From positions 1 through 64,000 of IMG/VR virus record IMGVR_UViG_2814123113_000001: a DNA stretch of 64,000 nucleotides. The stretch is one strand, 5' to 3'. How positions within the stretch are numbered: position 1 is the stretch's first letter; every line of letters starts with the position of its first letter. A model generated the notes under the pieces. That model worked only from the letters and a program-made list of their open reading frames with translations, had not been told where the DNA came from and ran no database searches. This document shows positions 28,427 to 38,563 of the stretch, in pieces. Both the position numbers and the translations under genes were made by a program. This stretch comes from a virus (taxonomy: Duplodnaviria; Caudoviricetes).

Positions 28427-28959
28427 ACGACTTTGGACGTCTCGCGTCCGAGTAGGTTGAATAAGATCTCTGCGCGAGTCTTGTCAACCGGCTGAACGAA
28501 GATCGCGTCAAGGTCTCCAGCCTCAGTCGCGTACCGAACAGCGTCGCCACGCTGCCAGCGCTCGGGCTCAGGCGAGGCCTGGGCGACCTTGATGAACCCG
28601 TTTTCTTCCCGCGCCTGAAGCGCTTCGATGATGCGCGGCGGCACGGCGACGGGACGCTGGTCAGGCCCGACGAACACCGAAGAGACACCGATCGTGCCGT
28701 ACATCGACCGCCACCATCCGATTGACGCGTCGCTCAGCCGCACGAACAGATACCGAGGGAAGAACGGTCGGATGTTCAGGCCACCCTTCGGATTGCGAGG
28801 CGTCTTCGGCGCCTCGCTCACTGCGAGAGGCACATAGACCTCGAACTTCTGAGCCTCCAAGCGCGCCCGCGCGGTACGATCCATACCGGGCTTGGCGACC
28901 ACGACGCACCACCGGCCGACCAGGTCAGCACCATCCTCACCACCACCAAAGTCGGCCAT
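28405..28959 (-). CDS. NusG/RfaH-family transcription antiterminator
   Basis: NGN domain (WCVV..KPG, PFFPRYLFV, GTIGVSSVF, VPPRIIEAL) plus KOW-like GDAVR...ILFNLLGR. Confidence 0.9.
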   Translation of the reverse strand: MADFGGGEDGADLVGRWCVVVAKPGMDRTARARLEAQKFEVYVPLAVSEAPKTPRNPKGGLNIRPFFPRYLFVRLSDASIGWWRSMYGTIGVSSVFVGPDQRPVAVPPRIIEALQAREENGFIKVAQASPEPERWQRGDAVRYATEAGDLDAIFVQPVDKTRAEILFNLLGRETSKVVTLATLK

Positions 28960-29954
28960 TACGCCACCCCTCTTTGAACGTCTCCGAGCACATAGCCCAT
29001 TGATTTTATTGGAAACCATGCTCGCGCGAGTTCCTCGCGAGCGTACCCATTTGCAGGCAGGACGGCTCGCCCTCCCGGATCGTATCGGGCCGGATCAAGG
29101 TACTTCCGCACGAAGCTCTCGCCCTGCGTCTCGCACAGCTTTCGCCGCACCTCCGCCGGCCCTTCGAACCGGAAGAGGTCCACGGCAGCCGCAACGACAG
29201 CGACAGCAGGCACGAAGTCAGCCCAACGCCCCAGCGCAAACCATTCAGCGACCGCCTTCGGCTGGCCGCTCGATCCCCAGGCGGACTTGTCCGCAGCATA
29301 GGCCGAGCCCGCAGCGATCAGCCGCTCGGCTGCCGCGCCAGCGACCAGCTCAGCTCGGATGACCTTGCGCAGCTCCCGCTTGCCCGACCGGCGCAAGCCA
29401 ACCTCGGGCCACACGCCCCACAGCGCCACCACGACCTGTTCGACAACCTCATCGAGTTCGCGCGCGCATGCGCCCGGTGAGGAAGCGATAGCTTCCGAAC
29501 TACTCTTGTCTTGTCTACTCTTGTCTAGGGCTGTAAGCGTCTGATTTTCCACGCTTTCAAGGTCGAGAAGTGGCGGGTTATTTCCGACACCTGCCGACTT
29601 CTCCTCGACACCTGCCGACTTCTCCCCGACTTCTGCCCGACCGGACCGCGTCGTGACGCCCTTAACCGAGCGCCGCTCGTCCTCAAATTTGGCGTTAGAG
29701 ATGTAGTGCTCGCCATCGACTTCGAAGCGGATCAGCTTCCGCTTTTCGATAAGCCGATTGAGGATCGGATTGAGCTTCTGAACGGCGCAGCCGCAATGCC
29801 CTGCGATGTAGCCACGATTGTCCTCAAGCGGGCGCCACGTCAGGTACAAAAGGTCGATGACCGTATTGTAGACCCCACGCTCCTCCAGCGTCATCGACAC
29901 CATGCCCTGGAGCGCCGCGCCAGGATCTCGGCGATAGAAGTTCTCGCGCTTCAT
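28959..29954 (-). CDS. Replication initiator (DUF1376/YdaU-like)
   Basis: MTLEERGVY..IDLLY N-terminal motif; internal direct repeats. Confidence 0.8.
   Translation of the reverse strand: MKRENFYRRDPGAALQGMVSMTLEERGVYNTVIDLLYLTWRPLEDNRGYIAGHCGCAVQKLNPILNRLIEKRKLIRFEVDGEHYISNAKFEDERRSVKGVTTRSGRAEVGEKSAGVEEKSAGVGNNPPLLDLESVENQTLTALDKSRQDKSSSEAIASSPGACARELDEVVEQVVVALWGVWPEVGLRRSGKRELRKVIRAELVAGAAAERLIAAGSAYAADKSAWGSSGQPKAVAEWFALGRWADFVPAVAVVAAAVDLFRFEGPAEVRRKLCETQGESFVRKYLDPARYDPGGRAVLPANGYAREELARAWFPIKSMGYVLGDVQRGVA
29500..29634. other. Putative replication origin (iterons) inside the initiator gene
   Basis: CGACACCTGCCGACTTCTCC at 29585 and 29606 with a partial third copy; CTACTCTTGTCT at 29500 and 29515. 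Confidence 0.6.
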
Positions 29955-31594
29955 GCTGCCTCCGACCGGTTGAGGTACCGCTGCACCAGGCTCTGGAGCT
30001 TGCTGACATCGCGCGTGACGATGCGTTCCTCGCCCGGATCGACGATGCCGTGCGCTTGGCTGGCCTTGAGGCCGTTCACGTCCATCATGGGCGGATCGGA
30101 ACCGTCGACCGCGACAAGGAAGATCGCCGTCACCGGCTCTGGCCAGCAGGCCTGACCCTCGCGATTGAGACGCCCGATGCACTGCGCATGCATCTGCGGC
30201 GACCAGTCCAGCTCGCCGAAGATGGTGACCTTGGCGCGGGCCTGGAGCCCGTCGAGCCCAGCCCCCGAGCGCAGGCTCATGATGAAGATATCGCTCTCTC
30301 CAGCCAGGAAACGGCGCTTGGCCTCTTCCTTGCGCGCCGGTGTCTCCGTGCCGGTGTACATGACCGGATTGAGGTCACTCAGCTCGCTCAGCCAGATGTC
30401 GTAGACGTCGCGGTGCCACCCCAGAAGGATCAGCGGCTCACCCGCCTCGGCGACGATCCGCGCGTACTTGGCCACGGCCTTGGCCTTGGCGACGCCAGTG
30501 TTGAGCCGCATCATCATGTCCAGCTCGCGCACAGCCTGACCACGCTCTTCGAACGTGCCCGTCGACGCCCGGATAGCCAGCGCGTGCGCCAGGTGCTCGA
30601 CCCGCTCCAGGGCCTCGACCTCGTGGTCGATCGTCTGGACGATGATGTTGGGCTTTGGCCCCGGCGAGACCTTGCGGATCATCGCATGCTGCTCTCGCAG
30701 ATACGTGCCCAAAGCCTCAGGATCTTGGACTTCCCGCCCGCTACCACACCACTCGCGCGCGAAGTCTTCGTACTCGCCCAGCACCTCAGGGCGGCAGTAC
30801 TGCATGATGCGCCAGATCTCGTTGCCATAGTTGAACACCGGCGTGCCGGTCATCACCATGCGCATCGCCGAGGCTTCGGCTAGACGCAGCGCCGCGACAC
30901 CCTTCTGGGTGTCGGTTCCGTGCCGCAGCTCATGCGCCTCGTCGAAGATCACGAGACCGGTCCCGAGCATATCCAGCACGTCCGCCCAGCCCTGGAGCTG
31001 GGTGTAGGAGAACACCCGCACATCGCACGGCGGCAGCGGGTAGGGCTTCGTTGTCGAAATGACGTGCGGTTCGAGCGTCGTGAACTCGCGCAGCTTCTGA
31101 GCCCACTGGCCTCGTAGGTGCGTCGGGCAGACGACGGTCGCCGGCAGCGCGCCGGGCAACAGGCACGCCCCGCCGCCGGTATAGGTCTTGCCCAGCCCCA
31201 TCTCGTCGCCGACCAGCACGCCGCCAAACCGCCGCACCATCTCGATTGCGCGCGCCTGGTGCGCCCGGATCTCTTGGCCAGGACGCAGGCCCGCGAGCAG
31301 CGTCGGCTGATAGTCCGGCGCCAGGATGGCGGCCATTTCGTCCTGCACCCGCACGAACGCCGTTCGTCGCCGCTCCAGCTCGGCCAGATCACCGGCAGAG
31401 GCCTGCAAGGGGTAGCGCTGCAAGAACCAACTCACGTCGGCCGAAGTCGCCTCATTGGCCGGCAACTTGAACGGCCCGGCCGAGGCCTTGGGCACGCTAG
31501 GGAAGATCGCCTTGAGCTTGATAGCAACGTGGGGCTCGACGTCCTCGAGCACCCAGCATTCGCCAGCGCGCGCCAGCTTTCCATAGGTCCTCAC
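29951..31594 (-). CDS. SNF2-family helicase/ATPase
   Basis: GDEMGLGKT, FDEAH, TGTP, SGAGLDGLQ, QCIGRLNREGQ. Confidence 0.9.
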   Translation of the reverse strand: MRTYGKLARAGECWVLEDVEPHVAIKLKAIFPSVPKASAGPFKLPANEATSADVSWFLQRYPLQASAGDLAELERRRTAFVRVQDEMAAILAPDYQPTLLAGLRPGQEIRAHQARAIEMVRRFGGVLVGDEMGLGKTYTGGGACLLPGALPATVVCPTHLRGQWAQKLREFTTLEPHVISTTKPYPLPPCDVRVFSYTQLQGWADVLDMLGTGLVIFDEAHELRHGTDTQKGVAALRLAEASAMRMVMTGTPVFNYGNEIWRIMQYCRPEVLGEYEDFAREWCGSGREVQDPEALGTYLREQHAMIRKVSPGPKPNIIVQTIDHEVEALERVEHLAHALAIRASTGTFEERGQAVRELDMMMRLNTGVAKAKAVAKYARIVAEAGEPLILLGWHRDVYDIWLSELSDLNPVMYTGTETPARKEEAKRRFLAGESDIFIMSLRSGAGLDGLQARAKVTIFGELDWSPQMHAQCIGRLNREGQACWPEPVTAIFLVAVDGSDPPMMDVNGLKASQAHGIVDPGEERIVTRDVSKLQSLVQRYLNRSEAA

Positions 31595-31791
31595 GCGACC
31601 CTCCCATCCGGGCCGATGCCGCGCTCGCGCCGCAAACGGATGAGCCTCAGCCGCGCTTCGCGCACGGTTAGGATACGCCCGTCTGGCACTGGGTCAGGCC
31701 GCCCCGCCCATGCCGCCAACAAGCGCTCATCGGCGGTGAGGCCCGGCGGGACCACGACCGGGATCGGTCGAAAGAACTGCACGCTCCTCAT
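31591..31791 (-). CDS. Hypothetical protein
   Basis: Translationally coupled ORF. Confidence 0.55.
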   Translation of the reverse strand: MRSVQFFRPIPVVVPPGLTADERLLAAWAGRPDPVPDGRILTVREARLRLIRLRRERGIGPDGRVA

Positions 31792-32060
31792 GGCGCCGAC
31801 ACCAGAGGCGCCAGCGGCAAGAGCCTACCCTCGCGAAAGGCTTCGATCAGACGCTCGGCGAGATCGCACATAGCGTCCTCACCATGCATGGCGACACCCT
31901 CATCCCAGGCCTCTCGCACCCGCTCAGCCGCCCGATCCCCAAACCAGATCGCCTGAAGCCGCCTAGACGCGTCGATCCAACGCAGCGCCACGCCATAGTC
32001 GACGCCCGCCGCAAGCGCGGCCCCGTAAACCGGGAAGCTGACAGACTTCGGATGGATCAC
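31788..32060 (-). CDS. Hypothetical protein
   Basis: GTGA and ATGA coupling on both sides. Confidence 0.6.
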   Translation of the reverse strand: MIHPKSVSFPVYGAALAAGVDYGVALRWIDASRRLQAIWFGDRAAERVREAWDEGVAMHGEDAMCDLAERLIEAFREGRLLPLAPLVSAP

Positions 32061-32419
32061 AGCCAAGCCTCCCCGAGGTTGACCACAGCCACCGGCTTGC
32101 CGCCGATCGTGGCGGGCAGAATGATGCTCCGGCCGGTGGCCAGCACGATCCCTTCGACGGCGTCATGCTCGGCATAGCGCTGCAACTGCCGTTCGATCTT
32201 TGCCCGGACCGCGCCATGGACCTTGGCCTCGACAACAAACCGGCCATCAATCAGCCAGTCAGGCCGATCACGCCCGCTTAGGCGATGTTCACGAGAGATC
32301 GCTACGCCCGGAAACGCCGCGCGCAGATGCCCGTCGATCGCCAACTGGCAGTCACTTTCGCGCTTGAGGGGAAAACACCCGCGACCGAGCACCCTGGCGA
32401 CTTCACCGACACTCACCAT
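32057..32419 (-). CDS. PD-(D/E)XK nuclease-like protein
   Basis: RE...RPDWLIDGRFVVEAK motif. Confidence 0.65.
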   Translation of the reverse strand: MVSVGEVARVLGRGCFPLKRESDCQLAIDGHLRAAFPGVAISREHRLSGRDRPDWLIDGRFVVEAKVHGAVRAKIERQLQRYAEHDAVEGIVLATGRSIILPATIGGKPVAVVNLGEAWL

Positions 32420-32423
32420 GACC

Positions 32424-34961
32424 TTACGCGGCCTCCGTCGCTGGAGCTGGACGCTCGCCGATGAGGTCGAAAAGGGTTGGCGTCGCCATCTCGCGCGCCA
32501 TCGCCTCGACGTGCTTCACGCCATCCAGGAAATAGGCGGGGTTCAGCTCGTTGGCGCACCCCCGTCGCCCAAGCTTGATCGCGCGGTAAGGCACGGTCAT
32601 CAGCCCGCCGAACGGATCGAACACCATCTCGCCAGGCATGCTGAACTGCGTGATCAGGCGATCGACGATGTCGAACGGCAGCGGGCAGAGATGTTTCTCA
32701 GCGCCTTTCTGGGCCTGCACCGTGTTGAGCGACAGCATCTGGGCCACGTCCGTCCAGACGTCGTCGTGCCAGGAATGCGGCGGCAACAGCATGAACGTCG
32801 GCGGCAAACGGCCGACCGCCGTTAGCGCCTCGCCGATCTGGACATGGTGCTCGAAGTCATAAAGCCGCTGGAGATTGAACCCCTTCCACAGGCGGTAGAC
32901 CTGATCGGCGTCCTCGAACTTGGCCCACTCCTCAGGCGCCACCAGACGATCCCCGGCCGAGCGCATGAGGTGATGCGCATCGAGCTGCCAGCGCGCCCGC
33001 GTGTAGCTGTCCTTGTCCTTGGCCACCGGCAGATCGGCATAGCCGTTGGAGCGATCCGAGGGCGGCTTGCGGAACAGCAGCACCTTCTCGGGCAGCCCCG
33101 CGCCCATGCGCGAGCCGTCCTTGCACTGCTCCGACCAACCCAACCGATAGGTCTGGTTGTTCTCGCGAACCACGTCCGTCAGGTTGGTCTTCTCGCCGAG
33201 ATAGGCGAAGCCATGACGACGGAAGGCGACGCGGCAGTCGTCGGCGAAGGGATAGACGGTCTGGAAGCCCAGCCCCGTCATGCCGCCCGGCACGATCCGA
33301 TCCTTGACGTGAATGGCCGCCACGCGCCCAGGCTGCAGGACTCTGAGCAGCTCCGGCACCAGATAGTCCATCTGCTGCCAAAAGTGCTCGTTGTCGTCGG
33401 TGTGGCCAAAGTCGGCGTAGTTGGGCGAATACTCGTACTGCGTCGAGAACGGGATCGACGTGACGATCAGGTCGACGCTGCTATCGGCCATGCGGCGCGT
33501 CTCGCGCACGGTGTCGTCATTGACCAGACGATAGCCCTCGCCCTCGACGACGATCCGATCCTTGACGCCCATGGCGCGCGTCAGGACCCCAGCCATGTCG
33601 GCGTTCGACAGGCCATAGTTTCGAATGATCGCGCTCATGGTCGCGGCCATCTCCTCGTGCTGAGCCCATTTTTCCTGAAGGTTCCGCAGCACCGCGCGCT
33701 CGCTCTCGGCGTAGATCACGTGGATCTCGACAGGATGCTGCTGAAGGAACCGCTGGATGCGGTGAATGGCCTGGATGAAGTCGTTGAACTTGAAGCCGAT
33801 GCCCAGGAACACGGCCTTGTGGCAGTGACGCTGAAAGTTACAGCCCGACCCGGCGATGACCGGTTTCGCCGCGAGGTAGGGGAACCAGCCGTCGCTGAAA
33901 TGCACGATGGCGTCTTCGCGAGCGTCGGGATCTTGCGCGCCATAGACGCTGACGCATTGCGGAACGGCCGCCTCGATCGCCGCGCGCTCGGCCTCCAGGT
34001 CATGCCAGAGGATGTATCGCTCATCCGGATCGGCCCGCAGGATCTCGCACATCTTCAGGACGCGAGCCTCGAGCGTGTCGCGCTTGACCTTGCTGGCCCC
34101 AACGATCCCCTGCGCGTCGTCCTGAAACAGGCGATGCTGCCCGCTCTTGTCGACGCCGGCGGCGCGGTGATCGACCGGAACCTCGTGATAAATGACCTTC
34201 AGCTCGGGAAGGGCGTAGCCCTCGTCGCTGAAACCCAGGTCCGACGGCCGCTGGACAAACAGCGCCCAACTGGCGACCCAGAGCCAGAACTCCTGTTCCT
34301 TGTGCGGGTGAAGGGTGAGGTTATCGGCGTTCTCGCTGTCGCGCTTGAAGAACCGCGTCTTGGCCTGCCCCACGTCCATCACATCAAGGAAAGCTGAATA
34401 GGCCAGCAGCTCGATGTGATCGTTCGGCGAGGGCGTCGCCGTGCCGACGAAGCGATAGGCGACCCTGTCGAACAGCCGCATGAACTCGCGAAAGGTCTTG
34501 CTGCCGCCAAAGCCGCGGAGGCACGAGGCCTCGTCGAGGCAGGCCACCGAGAAGTGGTTCGGGTCCAGCTTGCCGTCGCGCACCGTCTCGTAGTTCGTCA
34601 GATAGATCCCTCGAGGGTCGGTCGCCTCCTCGATACGGCGAATAAAGGTCACGTCGATGCCCAGCATCGCAGCGTCCTTCCGGAACTCCTGACGCACACC
34701 GAGCGGCATCACGATCAGCGCGCGCCCACCGACCAGGTCGCGCATGATCCGCGCGATCTCCAACTGCATCACGCTCTTGCCCAGGCCGAAGGCGGCAAAG
34801 ATCGCCGCCCGTCCCCGCCAGACCGCCCACCGCACGATCGCCCGCTGGTGCGGCTTGAGCAGCGGATTGATGACCTCATCACCGATCTCGAACCCGCATC
34901 GCGGCGCGGGCGGCACCTTAGCGGCAAGGAAGGCGTCATAGTCACGAACGGCGATCGTCAT
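32424..34961 (-). CDS. SNF2-like helicase fused to an N4/N6 DNA methyltransferase
   Basis: N-terminal FGLGKS, DEAS, TATPSPND; C-terminal VTSIPF, HLCPL, VFDPFGG. Confidence 0.9.
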   Translation of the reverse strand: MTIAVRDYDAFLAAKVPPAPRCGFEIGDEVINPLLKPHQRAIVRWAVWRGRAAIFAAFGLGKSVMQLEIARIMRDLVGGRALIVMPLGVRQEFRKDAAMLGIDVTFIRRIEEATDPRGIYLTNYETVRDGKLDPNHFSVACLDEASCLRGFGGSKTFREFMRLFDRVAYRFVGTATPSPNDHIELLAYSAFLDVMDVGQAKTRFFKRDSENADNLTLHPHKEQEFWLWVASWALFVQRPSDLGFSDEGYALPELKVIYHEVPVDHRAAGVDKSGQHRLFQDDAQGIVGASKVKRDTLEARVLKMCEILRADPDERYILWHDLEAERAAIEAAVPQCVSVYGAQDPDAREDAIVHFSDGWFPYLAAKPVIAGSGCNFQRHCHKAVFLGIGFKFNDFIQAIHRIQRFLQQHPVEIHVIYAESERAVLRNLQEKWAQHEEMAATMSAIIRNYGLSNADMAGVLTRAMGVKDRIVVEGEGYRLVNDDTVRETRRMADSSVDLIVTSIPFSTQYEYSPNYADFGHTDDNEHFWQQMDYLVPELLRVLQPGRVAAIHVKDRIVPGGMTGLGFQTVYPFADDCRVAFRRHGFAYLGEKTNLTDVVRENNQTYRLGWSEQCKDGSRMGAGLPEKVLLFRKPPSDRSNGYADLPVAKDKDSYTRARWQLDAHHLMRSAGDRLVAPEEWAKFEDADQVYRLWKGFNLQRLYDFEHHVQIGEALTAVGRLPPTFMLLPPHSWHDDVWTDVAQMLSLNTVQAQKGAEKHLCPLPFDIVDRLITQFSMPGEMVFDPFGGLMTVPYRAIKLGRRGCANELNPAYFLDGVKHVEAMAREMATPTLFDLIGERPAPATEAA

Positions 34962-36998
34962 GCCACCACCCGCACGTCTTCAGCCTGGGGCGGCAGGTTG
35001 GCGCGGATGAAGGGTGCAGCGGCGATCGGCGACACGCTGTTGCCGATCAGGCGGGTCTCGTCTGTCTTGGTGACAGGCTCGACCTTGCCGGTCGCAAAGT
35101 CGATCCGCCGATCGGTGCGATACGCCTTCGGAAAGCCTTGCGCCGCCGCCAGCTCGCGCGGCGTCAGCATCCGCATGCCAATGTCGGCGATCTGCATCAG
35201 CTCGCCGCGCACATAGACGAGGCCGAAGCGGGCGCGCGACGTGACGCTGTGGAGCGGGTCGCGAAGATCCTGCCCCTCGGCGGTGCCGTAGTATTTGACG
35301 AGAAACGCGCTCAGGCGATCCGAGATCGGAGCCCCGCCCTCAGCCAGCGGCATTTGCAGCAGATAGTGATGGTTGCCCCCGGCCGTGATCGTCTTGGCTG
35401 GCTGTTCGGGATTGCCTTCACCGCCGGCCGTGTTCGACGTGTAGGCATGAGACAGCATCGCCGTGACCAGCCGCTGAGTGCAGCCCTTGCTGACGATGGT
35501 CGACACCGGGTCAACCATATCGCGTCCGACCATGTCGGTATTGGCCTGTTCCATGTAGGCCGACACTACGCCAAGCGGCACTGCGCCACCGGGCCGCACG
35601 TTGAAGCTGCTGGCCGTCACAGTCGGCATCGGATCTTCGAGGCCCGACCCCGTCGCACCCGCGCGGAACTTGGTGAGGAACTGGGTCACCAGCCCATGGC
35701 GCGGCGCGCCATGCCATCACCGTATGCAGTGGCTCGCCAGGATCCTCGCCGATGCTGTTCTCGCTGAACTTGGTCAGATAGGCCGCCGTCAAACAGCGAT
35801 CCGCCTTGCCGATCACCGTTCCGAGAGGATCATCCAGTCCGCGCGGCGGACTTTGACCGGCCCGCGACCCACAACCCACAATCGCCCCGCCCATCAGCGT
35901 CGGCTGGACCAGGGCCAGCTCGCCCCGATGCGCGGCCGTCACCGTCCGCAGAGGATCTTGCGGGTCGTAGACCCGGCCCTCGCCATGATGCGTCAACGGG
36001 GTGACGAACGGCCCGGCCGCCATCTCGGGCTGCACCAGGGCAAAAGCGCCGCCGCGCGGATAGGCCGTGATGGTCCGCAACGGATCGTCGATGTCGTGAA
36101 CGCGCTCGTGCGACCAGTTCTGGATCGGCACGATGAACGGGTCGCCCGAGGCGATGACGTAGCGCATCACCCCCTTGGCGATACGCGCCAAGGTGGCCTC
36201 TTCCAACGGCCGCTTGGCCCGGATGCCCCGCTCGCGGCATTCCGCCTGCGTCAGGAAGATCGACGGGCACGGCAGCGAGAAGTCGATGCAGTCGGCGGCC
36301 GGAACATAGGGCTTGAGCCCCTTGCTCTTGGCCACCTTGCGCGGCGCATGCGTCGGCTCAGGCCACACGATCGGCTGGCCATCGCGGCGCGCGATCAGGA
36401 TCAGCCGCTTACGCGTGGTCGGGGCGCCGAAGTCGGCGGCGATCCAATCGACCTTGTACTCGACCACATAGCCGCATTGACGCAGCCGCTTGCACCAAAG
36501 GCCGAACGTCTCGCCCTTCCGCGCCGGATCGGGCCGCTGGACACCCTTGTCGTCCGGCGGCAGCAGTGGCCCCCAGTCGACGAACTCTTCGACGTTTTCG
36601 AGGAAGATCACGTCGGGCGCGAGATCGCCGAGCAGCTTGGCGACCTTGACCACCACCCAGGCCAGGCCCCGCACGCGCGGGCTCACAGGCGCGCTGCCCT
36701 TAGCCTTGCTGAAATGGCGACAGTCGGGCGAGGCCCAGAAAGACCGCCACTTCACGCCCGGCCGGATCACGGTCGGATCAATGTCGAACACGTCGGCGAT
36801 GAAGTGTTCGGTCTCGGGGCAGTTGAACATGTGGACGCCGATGGCGACCGCGTTGTGGTTCAAGGCCACATCGGGGTGACGGCCGAGCGCTAGGCGATAG
36901 GCCTCAGACGACCCGCCGGCCCCTGCGAAGTAAACCACGTCGATGGGGCGCGCGGGCGCATCGTTGGCTGGCGCGATATAGGCGGAGCGCTCAGCCAT
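34958..36998 (-). pseudogene. C5 DNA cytosine methyltransferase, frameshifted near 35711
   Basis: FAGAGG, SPDCRHFS, LENVEEF, PTTRKR in one frame; RMLTPRELAAAQGFP and IGNSVSP in another; one extra base in ATG GCA T GGC. Confidence 0.8.
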
Positions 36999-37509
36999 CG
37001 GCGCCGACCAGCTCACGCCCCATGGGGCTCAGACGCCATGCAAATCGCCCGGTGTTCAGACGCCGCGAAACGACGACACCTCGGGTTTCGAGAACGGGCA
37101 GAAGCTTGCCGACCTTGTTCCCGCCCACCCGCAACCGTTGCATCAGCTCGGCGACCGCGACGTCGCGTTGCTTACGACGATCGGACTGATAGTCCTGCTC
37201 AGCCTCGTGCAGCACGCTCAGCACGAACTTGCTGACATCGTCCAGATCACGCAGTCGCAGACGTGGCGCGGAGACGACAGGCGCGACGAAGTCGGGCCGG
37301 TAGTCCGGATCGCAGGCCAGACGTACGTCGTGAACCGACCGGCCGACCATTTCGGCGCAAGCCTGCCAACTGGCGCGCACAGTGCGGCGACGCTCGCGGA
37401 CCATGTCCATCTCATAGCGTTCGATCCGGGAGCGCGGCAGCACGCCCACATCCGAAAGCGCGCCGCTAGCCGTTCTCAGCGCCGAAGCGGTATGACCCCC
37501 TCGCGACAT
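36991..37509 (-). CDS. Winged-HTH hypothetical protein
   Basis: C-terminal VAELMQRL...LETRGVV..WRLS. Confidence 0.6.
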   Translation of the reverse strand: MSRGGHTASALRTASGALSDVGVLPRSRIERYEMDMVRERRRTVRASWQACAEMVGRSVHDVRLACDPDYRPDFVAPVVSAPRLRLRDLDDVSKFVLSVLHEAEQDYQSDRRKQRDVAVAELMQRLRVGGNKVGKLLPVLETRGVVVSRRLNTGRFAWRLSPMGRELVGADG

Positions 37510-37914
37510 CTAGTCCTCCATCCCCATGCGTTGGCGGCTCGCAGCCGCTTGAGCCGCGCCCTGTTCGATCAGAAAGTCGGTGAAAGCCTTCGCGTCGGCG
37601 GCCAGGCCTGCGGCGAACGCCGTTCGGGTGCTTGCGCCCCCATCGACCCAGAGGCGCGCCCGCTCCAGAAACGACTTGGCCCAACGGGCGCGGATGTCAC
37701 CGCGCTCGACCGGGAAGTTGTCACCCGTCAGGCCGCGCAGGCTGTTGGCGAAGTCGTAGGGCGTCTCGGAAGGCGCATCGAAGGCCTTGAGCGCGTACTC
37801 GAACATCGTGATCCACGCTCGCCGATCAGGCGAACGGCGTTCGGGCGTACGCGGCGCCGAGCGACGCGGCAGGCCGCTCACATAGCCAGAAGAGCGCGAG
37901 GGATAGCGGCTCAT
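37510..37914 (-). CDS. Hypothetical protein
   Basis: ATGA-coupled ORF. Confidence 0.65.
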   Translation of the reverse strand: MSRYPSRSSGYVSGLPRRSAPRTPERRSPDRRAWITMFEYALKAFDAPSETPYDFANSLRGLTGDNFPVERGDIRARWAKSFLERARLWVDGGASTRTAFAAGLAADAKAFTDFLIEQGAAQAAASRQRMGMED

Positions 37915-38366
37915 TCTTTGCCCCCGCCGCTGACCAGCTTTTGCGCAGCGCTCTTGAAGGCGTCGGCAGCCTCGAGCGCCTCGCGCGCAGCGACTTCACG
38001 CGCCAGCCGATCGCCTCCACGCTCAAGAGCATCGAACATCGCGTTGACGGCCTCGTTGCCCTCTCGGACAGCCGCCTTCATGCTGGCCGCAACTTCGGCG
38101 GCGCCGGCCGAGGCCATAGACGCGCGCTCCAGGCGCATGGCGTAAGCGGCTAGCATCGGCGGGTCTCCGCCACCGGCCGCGATGAACGCGGCATCCAGGC
38201 GAACAGCGTCCTCGATCGTCGGCAGGGCGCCAGTATCCGGATCGGACCAGTTGCGCACGGTCCGCTCGGCCTTTCCGACCGCTTCGGCCGCGACGGGATA
38301 GGTGAGAAAGCCGCCGATCGTGGCGACGGCGTCCTGAAAGCTCGCGGGGACGCGACGCTTGGTCAT
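37911..38366 (-). CDS. CII-like regulatory protein
   Basis: AAEAVGKAERTVRNWSDPD HTH; downstream of cro. Confidence 0.7.
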   Translation of the reverse strand: MTKRRVPASFQDAVATIGGFLTYPVAAEAVGKAERTVRNWSDPDTGALPTIEDAVRLDAAFIAAGGGDPPMLAAYAMRLERASMASAGAAEVAASMKAAVREGNEAVNAMFDALERGGDRLAREVAAREALEAADAFKSAAQKLVSGGGKE

Positions 38367-38563
38367 GCCCAGCTCCGAATGTTGAGGAAGGGGATCGCGC
38401 CGCTGGCGAGGCGGATGCCAGCGGCGCGCGCGACGACGGGCAGAAGGTGGGGACCCGTCACGCGATGGCGGGGTCGGCGTTGCAAAGCAGCAAGCCGACC
38501 GCAAACGACGTGCCCGTCCGGCGCGGCTACAAGCCTGATGGCGCCTACAACCGGAGGGACAAG

